Source of the DNA: a virus
Lineage: Duplodnaviria; Heunggongvirae; Uroviricota; Caudoviricetes
Reading direction: 5' to 3' (one strand)
Length of the DNA: 64,000 nt
Virus record (IMG/VR): IMGVR_UViG_3300025659_000002
Location: 1-64,000 of that record
In this document: positions 46,423-55,946 of the stretch, in pieces
Numbering within the stretch: the first letter of the stretch is position 1
Layout of the letters: each line of letters opens with the position of its first letter
The notes under the pieces: generated by a model
What the model saw: the letters and a program-made list of their open reading frames with translations, nothing else
The model's database searches: none
What the model was told of the DNA's origin: nothing
Translations under genes and position numbers: made by a program

Positions 46423-46965
46423 TTATTTTCCCTCTATTATTTGCTCACTTACATTACTTTTTACCCGTCTTCGGCGAGCACTAATCTCCGCAGGAGTCAG
46501 TCTCTTACGGTTAGGGTTTTTCCATTCCGGATTCGGCGCGCTATTACAGCTTAAAAACTGTATAATATCTAACCACTCGTTTGGGTGAAAGCCGGCTTTG
46601 TCGTCCAGATATATGTCAAAATAAGGCTTGTTTTCATAATAGCCAAAGTCCTCGTATGAACGTACTTCTGGATTTTCGTTTATATAATCAAACTTAATAT
46701 GGTGCCCTTCCAATATCTTTAGGTATTCTAGTATTTGATCAGGATAAGAAGAAGTATATAATATTAATCTAGTATCGTCACGTAAAGTAAGCATCTGCAA
46801 ACAGGTACATGCGAATTTATTAACAAAATTCAACTCTAACTTATCTAAATCATAATTAGGATGGCAAATCACTCCATGAATATCAATCATCCAGTAACTT
46901 TCATACCAATGATATAGCATTTGCTTCTCATGTTGTCGGGCAAGTACATCAATTATTTTACCCAT
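46423..46965 (-). CDS. HAD-like hydrolase candidate
   Basis: WMIDIHGVI (degenerate DxDG motif I) and DIYLDDKAG (motif IV-like); weak. Confidence 0.3.
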   Translation of the reverse strand: MGKIIDVLARQHEKQMLYHWYESYWMIDIHGVICHPNYDLDKLELNFVNKFACTCLQMLTLRDDTRLILYTSSYPDQILEYLKILEGHHIKFDYINENPEVRSYEDFGYYENKPYFDIYLDDKAGFHPNEWLDIIQFLSCNSAPNPEWKNPNRKRLTPAEISARRRRVKSNVSEQIIEGK

Positions 46966-47104
46966 CAGCTATACTCCTCAAAGCCTGCTTCTCAAGCTCT
47001 CTGGAGATGTTTCCGATCGTTTCTGCATCTTGTGTATTCATCGATCATTCCTTTTTTTTAATTTAAAAAGAACGGCATTATACCGTTCTCTTTGTAGTTA
47101 TTAA

Positions 47105-47539
47105 TCAGTTTTTTTCATCCTGAGCAGCTTCAAAGATAAGCACTATATCGTCACTTACTAAAAGAGATACTATATCATAGTAAGGATTATATCCCCCTAT
47201 GAATACATTATCTTTATAATAAATCCAAGCGCCTCTATCAGCATCCCAGTGAATCGTATCAAACTCGAAGAGATCCACTGTGTCATTTAAACGATCACGT
47301 ACTATTAATATATGCTCTCCCTCAAAATAATGCCCATCTTCCAAGTCTACGAATATTGTAGCATATGAAGATTGGGTTTCAACGACGGTTGGATCGAAGG
47401 AAGTATAACTAACTGTATAGCTATAAAACGGACCAACTGTTACGCTTTGAGGGTGTATTCTATCTTTAGCCTGTACTTGGCAACCTATTCCAATGATTAT
47501 TATTAAATCAAATAGGGCAACCTTTATTAAGTTTTTCAT
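47105..47539 (-). CDS. secreted/lipoprotein-like protein (144 aa)
   Basis: N-terminal signal peptide with IGIGCQ. Confidence 0.45.
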   Translation of the reverse strand: MKNLIKVALFDLIIIIGIGCQVQAKDRIHPQSVTVGPFYSYTVSYTSFDPTVVETQSSYATIFVDLEDGHYFEGEHILIVRDRLNDTVDLFEFDTIHWDADRGAWIYYKDNVFIGGYNPYYDIVSLLVSDDIVLIFEAAQDEKN

Positions 47540-47582
47540 AATAGTTTCCTTTCATAATTTATGATTGACTTGTATCTATACT

Positions 47583-47612
47583 TCTTATACCCTTTTTAAG
47601 GTAAAAAAAAGA
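47583..47612 (-). promoter_or_regulatory. recurrent promoter-like motif copy
   Basis: cttcttataccctttttaaggtaaaaaaaag, 44 nt upstream of the 47539 start. Confidence 0.45.
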
Positions 47613-47892
47613 GTATATATTTAAGTTAAAAAAGCAGCTATATCCGTTAGGATACAATCATATACGCTACTTTTTTTATAAGACCTTCTACAGCTTCGAC
47701 CTTCTGTTTTCAGCTTGTGCGTTTTGTTAGGAGGAACGCTTCCTTTTTCAAAATTTAATTATTTTACGCAAGCTCCTATTTCTTTGAAGAAGGACTTGTA
47801 TGGCGAGATAATAATCCAATAATTTTAGTTTTTCAAGATTGCTAATTGCCATGATATACCTTTCGTTATTTTAGTTATTGTTTGCTCTATTA

Positions 47893-47922
47893 TTCTTATA
47901 CCCTTTTTAAGGTAAAAAAATA
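47893..47922 (-). promoter_or_regulatory. recurrent promoter-like motif copy
   Basis: ttcttataccctttttaaggtaaaaaaa. Confidence 0.45.
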
Positions 47923-47948
47923 CACCTCCCCCGGAGGGGAGGGTACAA
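47921..47948 (-). terminator. terminator-like hairpin
   Basis: CCTCCCCTCCGGGGGAGG palindrome followed by a T-run on the minus strand, just after the 47963 stop. Confidence 0.4.
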
Positions 47949-47962
47949 CTCTTTCTTTTATC

Positions 47963-48145
47963 TCAGGAACAGGAATTAACCTTGCCCCTGGACTGGAAAT
48001 ACAAATGACCTCTACAGCCTTTGTACTTACCGTTTTTGATATCTTGTTTCTGGTTCTTATTCTGTAGCTGGCGTAAAAAGCTTCTACGGCGAGCAACAGC
48101 TTCTGGGGATAAGACGTCAAACGCCTCATTATTTTGAGCAGCCAT
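47963..48145 (-). CDS. small basic protein (60 aa)
   Basis: Strong RBS aaaggaag 6 nt upstream; preferred over the overlapping 47896..48159 ORF. Confidence 0.4.
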   Translation of the reverse strand: MAAQNNEAFDVLSPEAVARRRSFLRQLQNKNQKQDIKNGKYKGCRGHLYFQSRGKVNSCS

Positions 48146-48184
48146 AATCTTCCTTTCATTTTTAGTTTATGTTTAACTCTAGTA

Positions 48185-48214
48185 TTCTTATACCCATTTT
48201 AAGATAAAAAAAGA
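48185..48214 (-). promoter_or_regulatory. recurrent promoter-like motif copy
   Basis: ttcttatacccattttaagataaaaaaag. Confidence 0.45.
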
Positions 48215-48292
48215 ACTAGCGGGTTGTTACACTAGCTCTTTTTTATAGTTTCTCACTTTATGCTACTGCATAAGCGGTTCCGCAGTAGAAAA

Positions 48293-48544
48293 TTAAAGAT
48301 TGTGCACTTCAAATTGATAATGACCTGGAATCGGTTTGACTCCTATAGTCACATCAATAGCGAAATCTCGAGCATCTTGCCATCGATCATTTTCTGTTAT
48401 ACCCTCATAATTCCATACAACTACGTATACTCTCCAGGCTGCCTTATGAGCGCATATATCCTGTCCCACATTAGGGACGTGATTGGTGGAAAAGGTTAGA
48501 TTCGTTTTCGAAGAATCGTCAAAAGCTATTCGCATCCTAACCAT
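48293..48544 (-). CDS. hypothetical protein (83 aa)
   Basis: ORF track. Confidence 0.4.
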   Translation of the reverse strand: MVRMRIAFDDSSKTNLTFSTNHVPNVGQDICAHKAAWRVYVVVWNYEGITENDRWQDARDFAIDVTIGVKPIPGHYQFEVHNL

Positions 48545-48556
48545 AATTTTATCTCC

Positions 48557-48742
48557 TTACCATAGGTTATCTTTGCTTCGAAACCATTTACAACTGCTAA
48601 TACAATTAACAGATTGTAAACAGCGTTTTAAACTGCAGTTATACCAGTAGCATTTTTTACACGGCTTTTCAAAATAGCCAGCGTATAAAACACTACCAGC
48701 AACTACACAACATCCAATGACTAGAGCAATAACTCCTGTCAT
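48557..48742 (-). CDS. Cys-rich small membrane protein (61 aa)
   Basis: ORF track. Confidence 0.35.
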   Translation of the reverse strand: MTGVIALVIGCCVVAGSVLYAGYFEKPCKKCYWYNCSLKRCLQSVNCISSCKWFRSKDNLW

Positions 48743-48927
48743 TTTTTACGACTCCTATTGGAGTTCCAGGCATAAACCCATTTCCATCCGTGATAGCCAA
48801 TGAAGACTATCCACACAATGATTACAATAGTTACTAGCATCCTACTTTCTCCACCAGATACTAAATGCGCGTTCCCAATCTTCGAGAACATCAGCTGTAT
48901 CCTTTCCATGTACAACCCAAACTCCAA
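48739..48927 (-). CDS. small membrane protein (62 aa)
   Basis: ORF track; overlaps the next ORF by 86 nt, so one of the two may be wrong. Confidence 0.3.
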   Translation of the reverse strand: MEFGLYMERIQLMFSKIGNAHLVSGGESRMLVTIVIIVWIVFIGYHGWKWVYAWNSNRSRKK

Positions 48928-49099
48928 TACCAGCTATCACTAGTAATACTACGATAGCTCCTATTAGTCCGAAAATGAGCCATAACACAGAGAAGGCTAT
49001 CTTAAGTACAAAGATTACAAAGTAACCAATGAGCAAGAGTACCAACCCTATGACTATTCTGGCCATAAACGGCGCTTCATATAATGATTTAAAATCCAT
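48842..49099 (-). CDS. membrane protein (85 aa, 2 TM)
   Basis: ORF track. Confidence 0.4.
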   Translation of the reverse strand: MDFKSLYEAPFMARIVIGLVLLLIGYFVIFVLKIAFSVLWLIFGLIGAIVVLLVIAGIGVWVVHGKDTADVLEDWERAFSIWWRK

Positions 49100-49120
49100 T
49101 ATTTTCCTTTTTGTTATTTA

Positions 49121-49603
49121 TTAAAATTTATCTCTATCCTCTACGCGGTCAGCACACTTACAATCCTCAATACAATGCTCATCAGCTTCATAAGGTACTT
49201 CCATATCCAAATCGGGCAGTAGTTTCTTAGTGGCGGCCTCAGGATTAGTTAAATACAGAGTCAAATTTTCTATAAAGTCAGTCAAGTCTGAAAATACTAA
49301 AAGTTGACAACCTACATGTACGATAACTCCATTATTTACTCTTTCTATCCTAATATCGTGAATTTGGTACCCTTCTTTACCAACACCCCAATAGCTATGC
49401 GACCCTCCAATTTCTTCCCTATCTAATATTAAGAAATTATATTTGGGAGGAAACTTAGCGCTATAGAAATAGCCGTTGTCGTCTAACCAAAGTACCACCT
49501 CGTTTGCAACATTATTAATGGTGTCTAGTAGCAGCGGACCCGTAAAGGTATGCATGATATACCCATTTTTTGCGTGACTAATAATTATTTTATTTTTGTC
49601 CAT
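49121..49603 (-). CDS. hypothetical protein (160 aa)
   Basis: ORF track. Confidence 0.45.
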   Translation of the reverse strand: MDKNKIIISHAKNGYIMHTFTGPLLLDTINNVANEVVLWLDDNGYFYSAKFPPKYNFLILDREEIGGSHSYWGVGKEGYQIHDIRIERVNNGVIVHVGCQLLVFSDLTDFIENLTLYLTNPEAATKKLLPDLDMEVPYEADEHCIEDCKCADRVEDRDKF

Positions 49604-49779
49604 TAGCCTTCCTCATTTACAAATGTTGCAAAATTTTGATCGCACGGAGGCAGACCTTCGGCCTCACACCAATTTTCAAAGTCATTATAAAATGCTAAAA
49701 GCTCCTCAAAATCGAAGCACGATAACACATCTTTTATTATCTCTGTATCCATATTCTCTCTATTTCTCCATTTCTTATA

Positions 49780-50283
49780 TTATTTGTTAAACCACACTAC
49801 ATGGCTAAAATCTGTTCTCACATTATCAGGTACATCACTAGGGTAAATGTGTATATCCGAAGCCCGGGTCGAAGTAGCATACACGCCATCTCCATCAGAA
49901 TCAAGAAATCCCCCACATTCACAATTTCCAATAAAATCGTCTAAAGAAAAAAGATCTCCAAACGTAGGCACATAATCTTCGTCTTGAAATACGCTCAAGT
50001 ATTGCTTTTCAGCTTCTGATACCGGGTATTTAATTGCAAGTATTCGACCCTCTAACCATAGGTTCTTTGGAGTCGGAGGTAGCACTGAATGATATACAAG
50101 AGTATCTACTTCGTCGGTGATGTAGACAACTTCAACGGATATCAATTGACTATTTACGGGCTCTTTATAACTGCTAAGCCCTTGGTTGAGCACTCCAGTA
50201 AAAATTGCTACCATAATGGATACGACAAATACTATAGCTATGGCATATCTCTTTTTAGTGAATTGTGATTTTGTGTGTAACAT
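49780..50283 (-). CDS. membrane-anchored protein (167 aa)
   Basis: N-terminal TM helix. Confidence 0.45.
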   Translation of the reverse strand: MLHTKSQFTKKRYAIAIVFVVSIMVAIFTGVLNQGLSSYKEPVNSQLISVEVVYITDEVDTLVYHSVLPPTPKNLWLEGRILAIKYPVSEAEKQYLSVFQDEDYVPTFGDLFSLDDFIGNCECGGFLDSDGDGVYATSTRASDIHIYPSDVPDNVRTDFSHVVWFNK

Positions 50284-50301
50284 TATTTTCCTTTTCTTTT
50301 A

Positions 50302-50688
50302 TTAATTGTAAAATTTTTGTACTAATTCATCAAGCTCACTACGAGCTAAACTAAATGTAAGAATCACATCCTTACAAGGTTTATAGCTATTAGTGCTATT
50401 TTTCTTTAATTTCATAGTTTGTGTTAATTGAATTACAATGCTTCCATCCCTTAGATACTGTGCCTGAAGATTTCCGGAGACTATAGTATCACCAAAACCT
50501 CTAGACATTAGCCAGAATCTCAAATCAGGATTAAAGTGCACAGGAACAATGTGAATATGGTCAGGATTACCTGTTAAAATCTTTAACACTACTTCTTTAA
50601 AAGCTCTAGTGCTTATATCAATGTATGGACGCGTGTCCATCCTTAAGAATTGCCCATTATCTATCCAAGCGACCCAGCGAGCTATCAT
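50302..50688 (-). CDS. hypothetical protein (128 aa)
   Basis: ORF track. Confidence 0.45.
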   Translation of the reverse strand: MIARWVAWIDNGQFLRMDTRPYIDISTRAFKEVVLKILTGNPDHIHIVPVHFNPDLRFWLMSRGFGDTIVSGNLQAQYLRDGSIVIQLTQTMKLKKNSTNSYKPCKDVILTFSLARSELDELVQKFYN

Positions 50689-50723
50689 ATGCTTCCTTTC
50701 ATTTAATTAGTTTGGTATTGAAA

Positions 50724-51068
50724 TTACTTGCTCAGCAAAAATTCCATTAGTTGTTTATACTTCTTTTGTATATTAGTGTCTTTATCAACGGCAAAACGTA
50801 TGTTATGATGAACACAAGTAACAGCCGTATTTGCTAAATTGGCAAGCGCCTGCATAGCATATATAACGTCTATAATTCCCCCAGAATAACTCTTACTTAT
50901 TTGAACAGGTATCACTGTAGAAGCAGTGTATATTTCTTTATTAAGTATTATATCACGTTGAATTAAGGCTTTTTTAATGGCCAGTTTATTAGCTTCAATT
51001 TCTTTAGCTCTTGTCTCTAATTTACGTTCGTACCAGTATTCCAATTCCCACATCGGCTTCCATGACAT
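50724..51068 (-). CDS. hypothetical protein (114 aa)
   Basis: ORF track. Confidence 0.45.
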   Translation of the reverse strand: MSWKPMWELEYWYERKLETRAKEIEANKLAIKKALIQRDIILNKEIYTASTVIPVQISKSYSGGIIDVIYAMQALANLANTAVTCVHHNIRFAVDKDTNIQKKYKQLMEFLLSK

Positions 51069-51116
51069 ACTACTGACTCCTTTCTATTATTTATAAATAT
51101 TGATTGTCTTCTATAC

Positions 51117-51146
51117 TTCTTATACCCTTTTTAAGGTAAAAAAAGG
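51117..51146 (-). promoter_or_regulatory. recurrent promoter-like motif copy
   Basis: cttcttataccctttttaaggtaaaaaaagg, 49 nt upstream of the 51068 start. Confidence 0.45.
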
Positions 51147-51148
51147 AG

Positions 51149-51880
51149 CTACCCTTTTTCCGAACAAAACTTAGTTTCATAAGCTAGTATCGCTCTCATT
51201 ATTAACCATTCATAATATCCACATTTATCTTCACCAGAGGACTGTGTGCCGTCTGGAAGACTTTTTTGTTTAGCTCCTAACGCTAATGGGGACGAATTAT
51301 TAGAATTACCTTTCATAATAATAACTACACTTTTCGGGAATAACTCTTCAAGCTTACTACGTAAGCGGGGGGATATGTCTCCCCTAGAGTATTTATTCTC
51401 ACCAACTATTATATACTTCGGCTGTAGGTTATAGTTATTATACCATCCAGGAACGTGGTGTTCCATAGGGGTATCAACTAAATGTTCCGGCCGAACTATG
51501 TTTTTTCTGGGAGTTTCATACTGCAGTATTCCGTGACGTATTACCTCTTCAGGATCAAATAAAAAGACTATCGGACGTAAAAGGTCTGCCTGTTTCTCAA
51601 ACTTATATGACTTGAGATAATTCCATGCAGCATTAACTACGACACTTGCGAACTTAGTAGTTCGTGATAGCCATATATTGGTCCAACAATCGGTGCCCTT
51701 AAAGCCAACCTTTTCATCTTCTTTAGTAATCATAAGATTTCTAAATTGTCCGAAAAGTGTACAAGCTAAGTGGGCGAATCCCCAGTATGGGAATTCTTCC
51801 ATCTGTTTCTGAACTGTCTTACGAGATACAGGTAGTTTCATCCTGTTAGTGTATCTTTCCTCAAAGATATGACACTTCAT
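51149..51880 (-). CDS. hypothetical protein (243 aa)
   Basis: ORF track; motif copy (aTCTTATACCC) 43 nt upstream at 51923. Confidence 0.5.
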   Translation of the reverse strand: MKCHIFEERYTNRMKLPVSRKTVQKQMEEFPYWGFAHLACTLFGQFRNLMITKEDEKVGFKGTDCWTNIWLSRTTKFASVVVNAAWNYLKSYKFEKQADLLRPIVFLFDPEEVIRHGILQYETPRKNIVRPEHLVDTPMEHHVPGWYNNYNLQPKYIIVGENKYSRGDISPRLRSKLEELFPKSVVIIMKGNSNNSSPLALGAKQKSLPDGTQSSGEDKCGYYEWLIMRAILAYETKFCSEKG

Positions 51881-52041
51881 GATTTTCCTTTCATTTTTTT
51901 AGTGTTATGACATTCTCTATATATCTTATACCCATATATAATACTAATTCCTTCGTAAAAAGAACAATCAATGGGAACTAATATTTGACTCTACCCCAAA
52001 AACATATCTATATTTAAGAAAGAGATATAACCACATTTAAT

Positions 52042-52233
52042 ATGAAAACTAAACAAGAATTAATAGACGAAATAGAGAGACTAGAAAGTCTAACATGTCA
52101 GCGCGCCGGCGACTTATTAGGTCGTCCAAATATTGCTATAAATAGAGAAATTGTATCAGAGAATATTTTTCGAATGACATGTAGAATATCTGCTCTGAAA
52201 TGGGCACTGGAAGAAACCGAGATTGTAATATAA
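52042..52233 (+). CDS. small coiled-coil protein (63 aa) on opposite strand
   Basis: ORF track; part of a plus-strand island inside the minus-strand block. Confidence 0.35.
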   Translation: MKTKQELIDEIERLESLTCQRAGDLLGRPNIAINREIVSENIFRMTCRISALKWALEETEIVI

Positions 52234-52508
52234 TGAGGCCAAGAGAAAGGAAATTAGCGACGATAGTAAAACTATTTGCCAAGGCAATGTTTCATGGCAA
52301 TTGGGTATGGGAAACTCCAAACGAAAGGGTAATAGAGATGCTAATGAGGGATATTGGTATGTATCCTTTTGAAGATGAGAACGATATGATTAGCAAAACA
52401 AGGGTAAGTGAAGGACTCTACTTAAAGGCCAAAGAGGTGATACCTACGAGAAAACCTATTGCTCGGCAGGGCCTGGTGAACCCCCGTACTAGCAAGATAT
52501 CAATTTAA
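52233..52508 (+). CDS. hypothetical protein (about 91 aa; start ATG in ATAATG overlap)
   Basis: ORF track 52200..52508, trimmed to the ATG overlapping the upstream TAA. Confidence 0.35.
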   Translation: MRPRERKLATIVKLFAKAMFHGNWVWETPNERVIEMLMRDIGMYPFEDENDMISKTRVSEGLYLKAKEVIPTRKPIARQGLVNPRTSKISI

Positions 52509-52557
52509 GATAAAAAAAATAAGGTAGAGAAAAGCGTTAGCTTCTCTCGGTTATCCG

Positions 52558-52866
52558 TCATATAGCCTGCACCAAAACATCAACAGGCATGCTCTCGGTG
52601 TGGGTGTCTATAAAAGTATCATTATCATCTTCTAGTCTATAGCTATATATCACATCTATCACTCTAAAAGAATCTCCAGCCCCAACAATAGTGCTTTTGT
52701 ACTTTTTAAGTGAATCAGGTATATGTAACTCAATAACACCGGTAAGGTAGATTCGTTCACCTATTCTAGGGACGATGTTAGTGGTTAGACTTCCTATAGT
52801 AAACTCATGTCCTTCAGGTAAGCCCATTTTAAAGCACACCTCTACGGACGTCTGTGGTGTATACAT
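52558..52866 (-). CDS. hypothetical protein (start trimmed to MYTPQTS)
   Basis: ORF track 52558..52923; the motif copy at 52910-52920 would lie inside the ORF if the longer start were used. Confidence 0.4.
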   Translation of the reverse strand: MYTPQTSVEVCFKMGLPEGHEFTIGSLTTNIVPRIGERIYLTGVIELHIPDSLKKYKSTIVGAGDSFRVIDVIYSYRLEDDNDTFIDTHTESMPVDVLVQAI

Positions 52867-52937
52867 TGTTTCTTCCTTTATTTTAATTAATTTAATCGAT
52901 ACACTATCATTCTTATACCCCATTTTATTAATATTTA

Positions 52938-52978
52938 AGATAAAAAAAAGGGAAATGTGCTTTCACACACTCCCTTTT
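52938..52978 (-). terminator. rho-independent terminator candidate
   Basis: Minus strand: AAAGGGAGTGTGTGAAAGCACATTTCCCTTT hairpin followed by TTTTTTTT. Confidence 0.5.
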
Positions 52979-53106
52979 TCAATCGCATTCCTGGAGATTT
53001 TTTCAAATATGTATGGGTTCTCTATGTGAGATCTAATTCTTCATGATAGCTCCTAGTTAAAATTAAGTAATTTTTAATTGCTACTTGTCATCGTTATTCT
53101 TATACC

Positions 53107-53319
53107 CTAAAAATTGCCAGACCTCGTAATTTTTACAAAGCGTCTAGGTACTGTGATATAGGAGTCTCTCATATTTTTTTCTTCATGAAAGTCTTCCATC
53201 TCTGCAAAAGTGTGGCCAGGGCCGCCAGGACTTCCGCCAGATACCTTTAATTTTCCATTGTGCTTAATTAGTGCATCTACACGTTCTTCAACTGTTAATG
53301 TAATTTTTTTGCGTATCAT
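53107..53319 (-). CDS. hypothetical protein (70 aa)
   Basis: ORF track; motif copy immediately after the stop (53097). Confidence 0.4.
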   Translation of the reverse strand: MIRKKITLTVEERVDALIKHNGKLKVSGGSPGGPGHTFAEMEDFHEEKNMRDSYITVPRRFVKITRSGNF

Positions 53320-53337
53320 AAATACACTCCTTTCTGT

Positions 53338-53637
53338 TTATTCAAATCCTAGCGCTAAAAGGCGTTGATCCTTTTCTGGAGCTACATAATTAGCTTCAGG
53401 TAGAAGCTCCACCAAAACATCTACAAAAGCGTGAATGGTTTGGTCAGCAGCGGCGACGCCGCGTTCGAGCCAGGCATCAAGCACCTCTTGTCGATATTTA
53501 TATTCTGAATTTTGTAAGCATATAGCTGTGATCTCATGCCAGACTTTCCCACCGATGTGCTTTTCTCGTCTATATCCCAGCCGTACTGTGATTACAAAAT
53601 CATATCCTTTATAGTGAAAGTCTTTCACCATATCCAT
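53338..53637 (-). CDS. hypothetical protein (99 aa)
   Basis: ORF track. Confidence 0.45.
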   Translation of the reverse strand: MDMVKDFHYKGYDFVITVRLGYRREKHIGGKVWHEITAICLQNSEYKYRQEVLDAWLERGVAAADQTIHAFVDVLVELLPEANYVAPEKDQRLLALGFE

Positions 53638-53639
53638 AG

Positions 53640-54077
53640 TTAATTGCTCCTCATAAGTTTGTTGTTAAAAATTGCTATTGCCTTACACGATAACCCATCT
53701 GCAAACAGTATCGCCACCGCCCACACCTCGGGCAATCTCCTGGGACGGCCAGGTCACTCTCAGACTGTGTTGTCGGGGGTATAATTACCATAAGCCGGCT
53801 GAGTCCTCGCTGCGTCCCATGTTTAAATTTGTGCGAGAGAGGGTCGTGTGATGACAAAATCACCGCCCGTATCCCGCATTTTTGTTGGCCCCTACCGTAG
53901 AGTAGGTTTGCCGCCAACGGCTCGTGTTTTATATTAGCTTAGCTTTCTCCGTGCAGAGTGCCTACGTTACTAATATTAGAGAAGACATTCTGTCAAGAAT
54001 GCCCAGCAGTCCACATTAACCCCTCTCTATGACGCCATAGGAGCGGCCTCTCCTGCATTAAGGTCTCTCTATTAGAC
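53640..54077 (-). ncRNA. GC-rich intergenic island, candidate structured RNA
   Basis: About 440 nt at roughly 50% GC between two minus-strand genes. The only ORF (53675..53917) has an atypical composition (GC-rich, few Lys) for this genome. Confidence 0.3.
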
Positions 54078-54575
54078 CTATTTTGCTGTAAATTGAAATG
54101 GTTCAAATGGTGATCCAATAACCATGTTTGCTTTATCTAAAGGTAGAGTTTCCGTTAACTCATGAGTAAGGTCGCCTTCATTCTTATAAATAAAGGAGTA
54201 CTCGAGTTCTCCAAATTCTTCATGAGAATATAAAGTGACTAAGAAAACCTTATCACCTGTTGGAGGAAAAGTCATCCAAGTTCCTACGCCTCTGCATACT
54301 CCATCAACGACTGCGGCTAACTTACCACCCTCGGCTATATTAAAATCTTCTTCAGACAGTTCGGCCATCAAAGCGTGATTGTACTCATAGGCATGCTTGT
54401 TGACTATAAATAATGGATTAATTTCTTCTGGGGCAACTATAGGTTGTATTTTTTTTAGAGAAGCTTTTCTCTTTCTATTAGCAGCCTGCTTAGCTTTAGC
54501 CCTAGCTATTCTGTCTTGTAAACTTACGTTTCTTTTTCTAGAAGAAGCCGTTTTTATTGGTTTACTGGGTTTCAT
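54078..54575 (-). CDS. hypothetical protein with basic N-terminus (165 aa)
   Basis: ORF track; KR-rich N-terminal 45 residues. Confidence 0.45.
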   Translation of the reverse strand: MKPSKPIKTASSRKRNVSLQDRIARAKAKQAANRKRKASLKKIQPIVAPEEINPLFIVNKHAYEYNHALMAELSEEDFNIAEGGKLAAVVDGVCRGVGTWMTFPPTGDKVFLVTLYSHEEFGELEYSFIYKNEGDLTHELTETLPLDKANMVIGSPFEPFQFTAK

Positions 54576-54893
54576 ATATTTATGTGATTTATTAATTAAT
54601 TAAAAAAGGAAGCCCCCGTCCTCAAATTGAGACAAATCACGGGGGCCGCATGGCTTAAATTGCGTTCAGCTTTTCGGTGTGGCGCTGAAGGTCCTGACTT
54701 TACATAACAAAGTCTAAGTGGTACCAGTTAGCCGTGGAGCTTTGTTAAACAACCAAAACGAAAGGAATGGCCTTATTTACACTGGTAAGGTAAACAGCCG
54801 GGTGTATCATGGTAGCTAGGTCCTCAAAATTCCCAAGGACTGTCGCTACAAAATTATCGTAATTATTATCGCTTGCGTATACTTCTTATACCC
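54576..54893 (-). promoter_or_regulatory. long structured 5' leader with promoter motif (54883) and terminator-like hairpin (54603-54637) directly before the start codon
   Basis: GCCCCCGTGATTTGTCTCAATTTGAGGACGGGGGC followed by TTCCTTTTTT, 25 nt before the ATG at 54575. About 240 nt GC-rich leader downstream of the TTCTTATACCC motif. Confidence 0.4.
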
Positions 54894-54917
54894 TATTTCA
54901 TTGCAATTTTAATTACG

Positions 54918-55127
54918 TTATTTCTTGTCGGATTCTTCTATGAATCTAGGGAATCTACTTCTTTTTAATATGACAGCATCAAGCCGTTTATTAGTATTAA
55001 TAAATTCACTAGCGTCTTCTATAGAGTCTCCACTGAAGAATGCGAAGTCTGCTTTAGCTTCAATCCTGCGAATTAACGAGAGTTGTTGGCTGGTTGCTTC
55101 CTGCATTCGGTGTATTGCTGGTGTCAT
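54918..55127 (-). CDS. hypothetical protein (69 aa)
   Basis: ORF track; overlaps the next ORF. Confidence 0.3.
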   Translation of the reverse strand: MTPAIHRMQEATSQQLSLIRRIEAKADFAFFSGDSIEDASEFINTNKRLDAVILKRSRFPRFIEESDKK

Positions 55128-55329
55128 TTTCTTTTTTTTGATTAAGTTTTCGGTTATAGTTAGTTTTCCATATTTGGGTAATTAGCTCTGGAGAGTGCCG
55201 TTTAAAGTCAACGTGGCACTCAGCGCATTGCATCTCACCGTCATCTCCGTATAGGGCATGAAAGTCGTGGCCATGATTAATCCAAAGAAGTTCTCTTAAT
55301 TCTTTGTTTTCTAATAGTAGTTGTGACAT
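55060..55329 (-). CDS. zinc-finger-like small protein (89 aa)
   Basis: CAECHVDFKRH motif. Confidence 0.35.
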   Translation of the reverse strand: MSQLLLENKELRELLWINHGHDFHALYGDDGEMQCAECHVDFKRHSPELITQIWKTNYNRKLNQKKENDTSNTPNAGSNQPTTLVNSQD

Positions 55330-55330
55330 T

Positions 55331-55597
55331 TTATTTTCCTGTTTGAAGTACTATGGTTTCAGTACATTTAGTTCCGTCGAAGTAGCATAAGTTCTTTTGA
55401 GCCTCTTCTAAGGTACCAAAACTATCGGTACAGTTAGCGCCGCTAGAACTATTGAGCCAAGCATCACACCACCACCATCTAAATAAGTGATGAGGTTGCT
55501 GGATAACCCAAGATGTGCTAGGGCCGGGACCTGTACGTTTAATGATTCTTGCTTTAGTTTTAAATAATTCTTTTAATTTAATTAATATGGTATTCAT
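55331..55597 (-). CDS. hypothetical protein (88 aa)
   Basis: ORF track. Confidence 0.4.
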   Translation of the reverse strand: MNTILIKLKELFKTKARIIKRTGPGPSTSWVIQQPHHLFRWWWCDAWLNSSSGANCTDSFGTLEEAQKNLCYFDGTKCTETIVLQTGK

Positions 55598-55669
55598 TAT
55601 AATCCATTCATTATATTAACCCCCCAATAATACTACATTCTGAAGAATAATTGGAGGGGAGTTAAGGGT

Positions 55670-55942
55670 TTAGTTTTTGCTGTATACTTTTAAATCTTTA
55701 GTTAACATAGCATCCTCTATAACTGAGTCTCGTTTTTTTCTCTCTATTGTTATATCTTTATTATCAAGTTCGGACATTACTTTACTAATTATATCTTTTT
55801 CTCCATAGTAATGCTTGCTTTCCCCGCATAAGTTTGGAAGGAGCGCGCGAGATCTGGTAGAATATACTATCATATATGGGCGATAAATTGTAGGTGGACG
55901 GTCCACTACTATAGTGAAGCCGTTGTGTTCTTTTCTTGTCAT
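55670..55942 (-). CDS. hypothetical protein (90 aa)
   Basis: ORF track. Confidence 0.4.
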   Translation of the reverse strand: MTRKEHNGFTIVVDRPPTIYRPYMIVYSTRSRALLPNLCGESKHYYGEKDIISKVMSELDNKDITIERKKRDSVIEDAMLTKDLKVYSKN

Positions 55943-55946
55943 TAGT

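Noticed and set aside
47896-48159. ORF 47896..48159 (-, 87 aa)
   Set aside because: It overlaps the terminator hairpin and promoter motif; the alternative frame 47963..48145 has a strong RBS and ends before the hairpin.
53675-53917. ORF 53675..53917 (-, 80 aa)
   Set aside because: Same reasoning: a GC-rich island with an atypical amino-acid composition (few Lys, compared with Lys-rich neighbours) and no RBS.
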